A stretch of DNA of 60,063 nucleotides, the filler included. It is 3 parts of 3 records of this genome, joined end to end, with 100 filler letters (N's around TTAATTAATTAA, not from the genome) between each part and the next. Parts side by side here need not be neighbours in the genome. Positions count along the whole stretch, not along the records: positions 1 to 20,550 come from SRR20825019_370; positions 20,651 to 46,364 come from SRR20825019_376; 1 more part is not named here. One strand, written 5' to 3'. Each line of letters opens with the position of its first letter. Positions within the stretch are counted from its first letter, which is position 1. Below the pieces are notes generated by a model, which saw nothing but the letters and a program-made list of their open reading frames with translations, did no database searches and had not been told where the DNA came from. This document shows, in pieces, positions 12,074 through 21,449 of the stretch. A program made the translations under genes and the position numbers.

Positions 12074-13443
12074 CTACATCGGATCCGGCAGTTCAATTCC
12101 TTTCAGTTCAGCCTCAGAGTAGTTAAGGGCCGATCCTGTTCGCGACAGTGGTGGCATGGCGGCAGCAACATCACAACTTTCTGGTTTTGGACGATGTGCG
12201 ACATACTCCAAAAGAGAGAGCCATAGGTTTTTCAGAGAGAATATAGATTTCTTGGAGCGGGCTGAAATGGTTTAAGCTAAGCTGAAAGGCGACGATAGAT
12301 GAATCCGAATACCTTTCTTTTCTTCCTTTTGGTAACGCATCAGCTCCTTTACAAACTTCTTCGGCGCTCCGCTACTCCTTGCTAATTCCACAATATCCTT
12401 ATGATTCAAGTCTAACATTCTGATGAATGAGCTGACTCCATTGTCCAAGAGAAGCTTGACCATTAAACCATTTTGGGCTTCCACGGCGAAGTGCAACGAG
12501 TGCCTTCCATCCTGATTGAAGCTTCAGATTCAATATCAGAACACAGGTGCAGTAGCATCAATGTCACCTGAACAACTGCTGCGGTGTCTGCACCATTAGC
12601 AATGAGCAGTCTAGCAGCTTCTACATTCCCACTTTCAATAGCTAAGTGCAGCGAGTTCTTTCCATCTTTCAAGGCGGCCAAAACATCCGCACCACACTCC
12701 AATAGGTACAAAACCATGTCATATTTGTTGCGCGATGCCGAAATCAAAAGTGGAGTCATTCCAGTGTCACTCAAGCACTCAACGTCAGCACCATGTTGTA
12801 CAAGTACACGGGCATTATCCACATTTCCGATCCATGCAGCATAATGCAACGGGGTCTCATGGTTCTGAGCACGAAGAGTTTCAGCGTCTCCATGGGTTTT
12901 AAAGCAAAGTCGCGCACCATATTCACAGCGTTCACCATACCACCCTTGTTGATAAGCATCTCCACCATATCGGGCGCGTCGGAAAGCGCAGCGTGATGCA
13001 GCGCAGTGCACCCTTGCCAAGAAGTGCTATCCACATCTGCGCCTGCACACTTCCTTATTGGAAAATGGTAACTTCATCCGACTTAAGCCTACTTACCAGC
13101 ATTTAGTAGCGCCATGGAGCGCCCGATATCTCCGGAAGAAGTGGTGACGTGGAGGGGTCCCCATCCAGTCTTTGACTTTTTATCTAAAATCTCAGGCCTC
13201 CAAAGAAAATCAACAAGAAAAACGTCACAACGTGATATCGACATACCCTTCTGCCTGCAGCCTTGCCACCATCTGAGATATAGGTATTTTCGTAGAGACC
13301 TGACGAACAAGAGACTCTTTCCGATGTCTTTCTGGCATTCTTGCGAGGCTTTCAGGAAGAGTCTCTGAGGTAGACGCAGCCGTGGCAGGTGACCCGGAAG
13401 AGTTCTCATCTGGCCTCTCCTTCTTAGGTCGCTTGAAGACCAT
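12074..13443 (-). CDS. Ankyrin repeat protein (multi-exon)
   Basis: GWGPLHV, GCTALHHAA, ETPLHYAAWIG, GMTPLLISA, GKNSLHLAIESG, LHFAV ankyrin motifs split by ~50-nt introns. Last exon reads ..ELKGIELPDPM* with TAG at 12074-12076. Confidence 0.85.
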
Positions 13444-13499
13444 CGCAAAAGGGGACAAGAGTTCTGTAAGTGATAATGACGTAGGTAGACTTATACCTT

Positions 13500-13930
13500 T
13501 CAGTGCCGACTGCCCCCAACGCCTATTCCATTCAGCATAAGCCAAGGTTCTCCGTTTCGGAGAGAGAGGGGACGCCACGCCCAGCTCGACGGCAACACGA
13601 GTCAGTGCCGCACACTCACGCCTCACAGAATGCAGGTGGCAGGGCCGCGGCCACTATCAGTGTAGGATGGCCCGACCCTGCCGGTTCCGGGTGGGACCGT
13701 GAGAGTCGCCGACCTCGGATGCCGTCCGTCAGCGCGACCCGGCGGCCGGCGGGCGCCCGCGGGTGACGGGCGGCCGGGGGCGTGGCAGGCGGCCCGGGGC
13801 CGACCGGGCCGCGCGGCCCGCGCGGGCGGCGCCGGCCAGCGGAGGCCGGCCGCTTCAGTCCGTTCCAGCTCCTCGACTGAGATTGATGAGAGTACTCACG
13901 ACCGCAGTTTAACACCAGTGCGCAGACCGT
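13500..13930. promoter_or_regulatory. GC-rich intergenic island (divergent ankyrin / kinase genes)
   Basis: GC-rich 13720-13860; TCAGTG at ~13500, ~13602, ~13657. Confidence 0.5.
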
Positions 13931-14636
13931 TGACGTGTTTTTTTGAGTGCTGGTCGGAATCTTGGCTTCCTGTATGTTTCGTTATATTGTGTATCTTCGT
14001 TCTAGAGAGCCAAGTAAACTCCATGACATTGCCAAATTTGGCAATTGTGGAAAGTTAAGGTGGCCATGATGGCGATACGGGCTCGGGGAGAGGAAATTGT
14101 ACTGGGATTCACCATTAAAAGTAATGGTATCTGTCTAGCTGGAACATCCTGGAACTGCGCTACCAAATTGAGTCTTGAGACAAACACCAAAATTGACAAG
14201 AAGGCTCGGTGTTGTGTCATCCAACCAGAATTGGAAGTTCAACTGCCCCAACTCCCCTCTCAAAATTCTCCTGAACAGGCAATCAAGTGGCCCTGTGAAT
14301 AGCCCGGCGCCAAATTTGGGGGACAACACCATCCACAAATCCACATGGTGAGACCGACGAATGGGTATCATTGTTGGGGAAGAGTCGCGTGCGATGGGCA
14401 CTTCCGGCACAAGTTGGACGAGCAGCTGATTTTGGGAGTGCTGTGATCGTAGGCCAAGCGAAATCACCTTGCTTCAACGGTTGTGGTGCGCTGAGTCTGA
14501 TGAGTGTAGGCTACACTCTCACACCTCAGTTTCCACCAAGCTCCACCAGCACAGGCACTTTGCCCAGAAGGTGAGGACACCTATGAGTATGTGTTGCCCA
14601 AAAAGAGATACACAGGTATCTCTTTCACAAGCGAAT

Positions 14637-15680
14637 ATGAAACGAGAGTCTTGTTCATCCCAAGAGCCTCGGGAAGAAGCAAGGGAGCTTCCTAAGGCTA
14701 AAAGAGAGGACCATGACATTGTTTTCAATGATACCCTTGGGGAGATATACAAGAAGTACGAGTCCCAAGGGAAAATAGCTGCTACCAAGTCATGCACACT
14801 TTTCCGCTGTGTTGATAGAACAACAGGCACGAAGGCGTGTGTTAAAGTTCGCATGAGGTCAAAGAAGCAAAGTGAGGACTCAGCGTTGAATTGGGAGTGG
14901 AAGGGGCTTTCCTCTTGTCTGCATCCAAACCTTTTGCAAGCTCTAGAGCTTATAGAAGAAGATCATGGCACCTACAGTGCACTGGTCACAGAGCTCATGG
15001 ACTGTGACTTATTTGCTCTGGGTCTAAGTGACGTGGATCTTCCTGTAGAATGTATTCGCCATATTTCCTTGGAAATTGCTAAAGGGATCCATTATCTTCA
15101 CTATAATAAGGGCATGTGTCACATGGACATAAAGCCTGAGAATGTGTTGGTCAAGTTCCCTGGGGGTCTCAACAAACACGGTCGAAGGTACTGTCTTGAA
15201 GATATAGCAGACCCACTTGAAGTGCATAAGTTTCAATTCAAAATTGCGGACATGGGATTTTGGGCAAAGTGCGTCACAAGTGAGGGGAAAACTCGTTGGC
15301 TACGGGGGGTGTGTGGCTCAAGAGGGTACACTGCCCCTGAAGTGACGACCCCAGGATATGATGGTGCCAAAGCTGACATGTGGAGCTTGGCTCGAACCAT
15401 ATTTGTGCTGGCTGTGCGATTTCCGCCTTGGGAAAAAGCTGTCGACAAGGACCCTTACTTCAATGTGTGGAAGCGTGGGATGTTGCAAACCTATTGGCAA
15501 GCCATTCGAAAGCATTGCCATCATTGGGATATTCCCGACTCCTTCGTGCACTTGATTTCTCACATGCTGCACTTTGATCCAGATACAAGACTGAGCTGTA
15601 TGGAAGTGGTCGACCATCCTTTTTTTAAGGGCGATGGGTCATTTCACTTTGCACCTACAAACGAGTTCTGGAATGAGTGA
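14637..15680 (+). CDS. Ser/Thr protein kinase with atypical motifs (start uncertain; ORF open from 14469)
   Basis: ACVK, HPNL, HMDIKPENVL, KIADMG, CGSRGYTAPE, DMWSL, HPFF kinase subdomains. Confidence 0.9.
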   Translation: MKRESCSSQEPREEARELPKAKREDHDIVFNDTLGEIYKKYESQGKIAATKSCTLFRCVDRTTGTKACVKVRMRSKKQSEDSALNWEWKGLSSCLHPNLLQALELIEEDHGTYSALVTELMDCDLFALGLSDVDLPVECIRHISLEIAKGIHYLHYNKGMCHMDIKPENVLVKFPGGLNKHGRRYCLEDIADPLEVHKFQFKIADMGFWAKCVTSEGKTRWLRGVCGSRGYTAPEVTTPGYDGAKADMWSLARTIFVLAVRFPPWEKAVDKDPYFNVWKRGMLQTYWQAIRKHCHHWDIPDSFVHLISHMLHFDPDTRLSCMEVVDHPFFKGDGSFHFAPTNEFWNE

Positions 15681-16492
15681 TGGGGAGCTGTTTTGTGAAA
15701 TAGTTTCTGCGGCTTGAGAACCATTCTTGGATAGACAAGCAGCGCTGTATCAGGTATCCCTGTAGTCGGGGTCTGTTTCCAGCATCTAGAGGGCTCAGTT
15801 GTATCTGGCCCCAATCCTTCATCAGTGTATAGTAAACAATGTATAGAGTATATAAGTTTGAGATATGGTCTTTGGTTGAGTTGTCATTTTGTTAGGGTTG
15901 TTCAAGGCATACTAAAAACCGTCAGACTGCCTAAAACTTCAGGAGGCTATCTGTCCGATCAACGTCTCTCATCAGACTCTCCGGCAATGGCCACAAGCAT
16001 TAGTCTACATTCTGTTTTGATTTTACACGATTAATTGCGGGTAGATCCTTTTCTATTCGCTTTGTTGACGTGTATCCATTATTGTTGTCACTGAAGTTCC
16101 GTCCCTACGCGCCTGGCCGACTGGCCCAACTCGGGGCCAGAGTCACTCCTCACGATGAGACCGGCTGCACAGCGACTTCTCGCGGGAGCGGGATCCGTCC
16201 TTACCAGCGGTGCTCGCTTTTCAGGGCCTTATTGGGCTGAAGCCTTATGTTCAATGGCCCCCACTGGTACGTTCACCACTCCTCTTTGTAGTCGCCCTTG
16301 CCATTCAAGGGTTTCTCTTACGACCCAGGCCGGGCAGGGAGTGTGAGCCTTTGCGGCAGTGACTTGCATCCTTCTAAAGCTTTAGGCTATCGAATACGCC
16401 TATACATACACGGATAGATACAAGAGTAACCTGCGTGTGAACACCACTTGAACGCTGTCTTCCCAAGATCTTACCTCCCCACGGCCGCAGGG

Positions 16493-19051
16493 ATGGTTAA
16501 GGGGGCCCTTGTGTCAACAAAAAAGAAAAATTCTATCCTAGTCCTTGAGGAAGAGGTTGTAGACGTTCCTTACTGTGAAGGAATTGTCAGCCCTGAGTTT
16601 GTCGACGAAGAAACACGAACAGTAAGACCATCTTAACTGTTTTTTTGTGTATGACTTAACTCCTGTGCGTAGTGCAAAAGACTTGAGCCGGATCACTTGC
16701 CCCCTCTGGACCCAAAATACTTTTGCATTGGAATAGTATTTAAGCCAGAATCTCAATTTGACGACCATGACCGACAACTGAGAGAGATTATTGAAAGGAA
16801 ACTTCGGGATCAATGGTTCATGGTGGCAGAGAGACGAACCACTGTTGATGAAAGCGCAGCTAGTGAAGAGCAGCGCTATTTACTTATTGGTGTCACAGAG
16901 CAGTGGCTTGAGTTGGCTGCTGAGCGGTTGTATTGGGAGCTACCTTTGCACAGTCCTCCAAGAGGCACTGGTTGTGTGTACAGACCATATGAGATAGCAA
17001 AGAAAGCAAAATTCAAGACATACGACGGCTGTGTTGAAACAGAAGACCCAACTGGGTCTGTGTTTACTCCTGCAACAAGGATTGCTATTGTGTACAGAGT
17101 GATCGAGGATACCTGTAGGTTTGTCTGAACAGGGTGCTTGCTGTGTTGCTTACTGGCTTTTTCGCAGTGAAATATGCATTACACCTTCCTCCCGTCAAAA
17201 AGGTGTTTCCTCTTCACAACAATCGGGAAGTCAAGCAAATCGGAAAGCAAACTGGAAATATTATGTTCTGGCCACTGTTATCTGCAAGACGTAGATGGAC
17301 CTTCCTCGAGTTGATTCGTAGATATTTTGGTGAACGCCGGAGTCTCTACTTCGCTTTCATATGTAAGAACTTTCCTCATTTCCTCGAGATATTTCCTGAC
17401 CCGAATCTAAACAGTATTTTACACTCTTACCCTTGTGCCTATTGGAATCATTGGCGCAGTAGCCTATGTTGTTTTTCGGGATACTAGTCTCCGAGCTTAT
17501 GCGGAGCCCATCTGGGTTACACTATTGATGATGTGGACAGCATCGTGGATTGTCTTTTGGATTCGTCTGCGAAATGATTGGGCATATAGCTGGGGAACAT
17601 TGGGATTCAAAGGAAGAGTGAAAGAGAGGGTTCAGTTTACGGGAAAGAGCGTCTACAACGATATTACTGGGCAGATGGAGAAGGAGTACCCTGAGTGGAA
17701 ACGAGTATTCTTCAGATATTCCATGAGTGTATTTGTAATGTCACTGATGGTTATGTGTGCTGCTCTGATGGTTGTGGGGTGTATAGTCTTTAGGGGGGCA
17801 CGATTGATACCGGGATTTTGGTCTTACAAGGCAGCGGGTTTTCTGATGGGAATTTCTTCGCACTTTGCGAATCATGTTATGGGGAACATAGCCAGAGCGT
17901 TGACAAACTTCGAGAACCATCGGGAGGCACATGCGTGGGAGAACCAGTACATCTTGAAAACCTTCGCCATTTATTCGGTGAATTCTTTCATGTACTTCTA
18001 TTATGTTACATTCCTTCAAGGTCGTCTCAAACCCTATTTCGGAATCGATGTATGGTGGGATACACCATGCCCAGATAATGACTGTGTCCATGTTCTGGAG
18101 CTTCTTGTGTGCTATCATATGTTGGCAAGCATTTTCGTACAGCAGATATTGGAGATTGCAGTGCCGTTTGGGTCGTACTGGCTAAGGGTGAAATGTGCGA
18201 AGAAAGCTGATGATGGGGAAGATGTCAACGCGACCTTTTTGAAATATGCTGACAAGCAGAGGAAGAGAGATCCCCTCAACGTCTTTGATGACTATGCTGA
18301 AATGGTTCTACAATTCGGTCTGGTCTCCTTATTTGGTGCGGCATTTCCTCTTGCGCCACTTTTGGCCCTCTGCAACAATATTACAGGTAACACCCGGTGT
18401 TTTTCATTTGTATCATTGAGCTAACCTCATCAAAGAAATCTTCTTTGACTATTTCAAGTATGTTTTGATCGGTGGAAGACCTATTCCTCAAAAAGCAGAA
18501 GACATTGGCACTTGGCTCCTTTGTATCAAGATAACGGTATGTACAGTAAGCAGCCTTGTAAATCAAAGATTGACCATTTGCTACCACAGGCCTTCTTTTC
18601 TATTCTTACGAATGCTGCATATCTATGCTTCGTTTCGACAACGTCATCAGTTCGAGGCCAGTCATGGACTACAAAGGCGTTCGCATTCTTTGTTCTTGAG
18701 CATATCTTCGTAATCATTCAATACGTGTTACACACAGCAATACCACAAAAGACTCGATCGCTTAGGAATAAGCTGAGAAAAGTTGCGGACTACAATCATC
18801 TTGAAAGTGTCAGAGCACAGAGAGACCGTGATCAACTTTTCAAAGAATTATCGGAGCAACGGGGTAAAGAAATTCGTGAAAGGCAAGAGGACGAGAGAGA
18901 ACGTGCGCGAAGCGCAAGTAAGTTGAGTGATCACTGTGATGAAGACGAGGCAGATGGAAACGAGGATCAACCCCTTCTAAGGGAAAAGAAAACCCTTACT
19001 TTCAATTTCTTTGGAGGACACAATAACAAACCATCGGACATTGAAGGGTGA
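16493..19051 (+). CDS. Anoctamin/TMEM16 family protein (multi-exon)
   Basis: IRRYFGE..LYFAF, LTNFENHR, FDDYAEMVLQFGLVSLFGAAFPLAPLLALCNN, RPIPQKAEDIGTW, FFVLEH are anoctamin signatures. ORFs 16448-19051 joined by short introns. Confidence 0.92.
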
Positions 19052-19581
19052 TTCTGATTGCTTCGATTGCTCAATGATCACCGTCTCTGGTTGTGTACGT
19101 TCAGCGTCGGATGTAATCGTTGGGGCGTCCAAGAATGTCCGCATACGGAAATATACCACAATCCGTCATTCCATGGGCCATACTCAACGAGGTCTGGAAG
19201 GAGGCCAAATATCATCATAGTTACTAGAATTCGCGATGGCTGGCTCATGATGATAGTCCCTTCATTTGGAAATAAATTGTTCAAATTATTTGTAGCAGTA
19301 GTGTCGTTTGACCGGGAATCAGTGGATATTCCGGAAGTGTTAAGACACTGCATGCATTCGAAATTGCACCTTGCATGCTCTTCTTCCGTTTTCCGGCACT
19401 TCAAGCTTACTTATAATACCCAACCCGGCAAAGCATGGCCAATTGTCATGTGAAGATGTGCATGTTGCACGTACATTCTCTACTATTATTGAATTGTATC
19501 AAATTAATATTGGACTGGTGAACGTAAATTTAAGATGAACGATACCGTGGAATTGTCATCCGTTCATCGCAGGCTGAAGGT

Positions 19582-19706
19582 TTTAACAAAAGGATGCGCT
19601 CATGTAACTGGGATGTATTCAAAACTCACGGTACTTACTAACCAATGTGCGGCTGTTGCGGATTCGGAATTATACTATTAACAGCTGAGTACGATTTGGA
19701 ATGCAT
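19582..19706 (+). mobile_element. Possible third, internally deleted TnpB/Fanzor-like relic (copy C)
   Basis: Frame FNKRMRSCNWDVFKTHGTY*PMCGCCG. Ends in GTACGATT(19689-96)..GAATGCAT(19699-706); both 8-mers also occur in the copy A tail. Confidence 0.35.
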
Positions 19707-19744
19707 GCAAATAAATATCGGTTAATGACTAAAGTTGATGTAAT

Positions 19745-20045
19745 ATGCATTCATGATACCAAAAATGATATCAATCGTACGGCAATACCAATACCTCATT
19801 TGCAAGCCTTGAAAGATCAGGTTCATACCAACCAAGCCCTCAACAAGATGTTGAGGTCGCCGTTCACCCTTCTATCGTGTGTGAATAACTTACATGACGG
19901 ACAGATAAACGTTTTGGCCCCTGTCCCCATCGAGCCAATGATTCAATGGGGGTTCAATTCTTCGCAGACGGTCCGCATGTGTGTGAATGTAGTATACGAT
20001 TTATCCCAAAGAATGTCTTCACTGCGTCGGTTCTTGTACTCAATG
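19745..20045 (-). mobile_element. Degenerate TnpB/Fanzor2-like 3' end plus putative omegaRNA/right end (copy A)
   Basis: Minus frame IEYKNRRSEDILWDKSYTTFTHMRTVCEELNPH*IIGSMGTGAKTFICPSCKLFTHDRRVNGDLNILLRAWLV* (stop 19823-25) matches the TnpB/Fanzor zinc ribbon plus RuvC-III. The 3' non-coding tail is homologous to copy B up to AATGCAT. Confidence 0.7.
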
Positions 20046-20206
20046 TAAGTTCGCTCTCGATAGAGACGTGAACGACACCCATAACATTATGTTGCGGGCT
20101 TTGCTGTTATGGACCTGGTTCTCGAAAGAGAAGAGCCGGACTTGCAAAAGGGGTATTGGTAATGGATGTGTTCATGGTGACCGCATTTTGATATCACGCA
20201 ATGCAT
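20032..20206 (+). mobile_element. Degenerate TnpB/Fanzor2-like 3' end plus putative omegaRNA/right end (copy B)
   Basis: Frame SCTQCKFALDRDVNDTHNIMLRALL; TTCTC-GAAA-GAGAA hairpin at 20119-20132; tail homologous to copy A, ending AATGCAT at 20206. Confidence 0.7.
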
Positions 20207-20382
20207 CACCCGGTGTACGGTATCCGCAAAGCGTATCACATCCGGTCCCCCCCCTCCCCGGGCCCCCGGCGCCCTCTGAGCCCTCCTCCGTAGATTCAAG
20301 TATGTAATATGACAATTGCTAGATGAGCTCTAAAGAGTAGACGGTATACAAACACTCCGCTTCCTTCTCTACTTCAAAAACA

Positions 20383-20550
20383 ATGAGCTCGCCCAACCTC
20401 GCGATTATCTTCGAAAAGCCTAGGCTGGGCACGGCTCACAACTCCTTCCGAGTCAGGCTTCCTTCGTTCTTTCCCTGTGGCGACCAAGAAGCACCAATAC
20501 TGCACAGGGAGCAGTGCAACGCAAGCTTGCCCCTCCTGAGCACTCCACGA
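20383..20550 (+). CDS. Possible 5' fragment of a eukaryotic gene, truncated by contig end
   Basis: AAAACA-ATG context downstream of a small GC island (20240-20290); open to the gap; no recognisable domain. Confidence 0.3.
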
Positions 20551-20650
20551 NNNNNNNNNNNNNNNNNNNNNNNNNNNNNNNNNNNNNNNNNNNNTTAATT
20601 AATTAANNNNNNNNNNNNNNNNNNNNNNNNNNNNNNNNNNNNNNNNNNNN
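20551..20650. other. Artificial contig-joining spacer
   Basis: N run containing TTAATTAATTAA (stops in all six frames); eukaryotic sequence on the left, bacterial on the right. Confidence 0.97.
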
Positions 20651-20697
20651 CCGGAATTTCTTCCGACCACTAGTGGCCAAATTGGCCGCTTTTTTTA

Positions 20698-21318
20698 TTA
20701 ATATATCTCAAGGCTGCCCTTGCCTTCCCGAATTACTTCCGGTTCGTCTCCTGAAAGGTCTATTACCGTAGAGGCAACGTTATCACCGTATCCGCCGTCG
20801 ATCACAATATCCACAAGATTCTGCCATTTCTCATAAATAAGTTCAGGGTCGGTAGTATATTCCAAAATATCATCATCATCCCGTATAGACGTAGAAACAA
20901 TGGGATGTCCCAACCCTGTCACCAAGGCACGTGCAATTGAATTGTCGGGAACACGGATACCTACCGTTTTCTTTTTTTTAAAGTCCTTTGGTAAATTATT
21001 GTTTCCCGGTAGAATAAAAGTATAAGGCCCTGGCAAGGTTCTTTTTAGAATCTTGAACGTAGGGCTATCTATTTGGCGAACATAGTCCGAAAGATTGCTC
21101 AAATCCGCACAAATAAACGACCAATTGGCCTTTTCAAGCTTTATTCCCTTAATCCGGGCAATTCGCTGCAATGCCTTGGTATTGGTGATATCGCAACCAA
21201 GTCCGTAAACCGTATCCGTAGGGTAGATCACAAGGCCGCCCTTTCGGAGCACGTCCACAACTTGCTGCACCTGCTTAGGGTTCGGGTTTTCTTCATAAAG
21301 TTTAATAAACTCTGCCAT
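20698..21318 (-). CDS. Sua5/YciO/YrdC family (threonylcarbamoyl-AMP synthase-like) protein
   Basis: YPTDTVYGLGC, LPGPYTFIL, VGIRVPD, STVIDL, REGKG motifs. Confidence 0.93.
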   Translation of the reverse strand: MAEFIKLYEENPNPKQVQQVVDVLRKGGLVIYPTDTVYGLGCDITNTKALQRIARIKGIKLEKANWSFICADLSNLSDYVRQIDSPTFKILKRTLPGPYTFILPGNNNLPKDFKKKKTVGIRVPDNSIARALVTGLGHPIVSTSIRDDDDILEYTTDPELIYEKWQNLVDIVIDGGYGDNVASTVIDLSGDEPEVIREGKGSLEIY

Positions 21319-21359
21319 TTTTTATTTAGATAAGTAAAATGAAGCCAAAGAGCCAAGTA

Positions 21360-21367
21360 CAAAGATA
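21360..21367 (-). promoter_or_regulatory. Bacteroidota sigma70 -7 element (TAnnTTTG)
   Basis: TATCTTTG on the minus strand ~40 nt upstream of the yciO-like start; no clear -33 TTTG. Confidence 0.5.
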
Positions 21368-21449
21368 CGCTTATAATTCAGCAGAGCGTTTAAGCCGTCC
21401 ATATTAACAACGAGCTTAAATCGAAATATTATAGTAAAATATTGATGCT

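Noticed and set aside
16210-16222. GTGCTCGCTT resembling the U6 snRNA 5' end
   Set aside because: No ACAGAGA box or U6 core follows.
16325-16350. GCAGGGAGTGTG resembling the 3' end of eukaryotic TPP riboswitches
   Set aside because: The required CUGAGA and CCUGA..AAU.CC elements are absent.
19701-20048. 115-aa plus-strand ORF
   Set aside because: Antisense to the TnpB/Fanzor-like copy A and has no recognisable motif.
20596-20607. TTAATTAATTAA palindrome (also 46409-46420)
   Set aside because: Embedded in N runs; a standard six-frame-stop linker, not biological.
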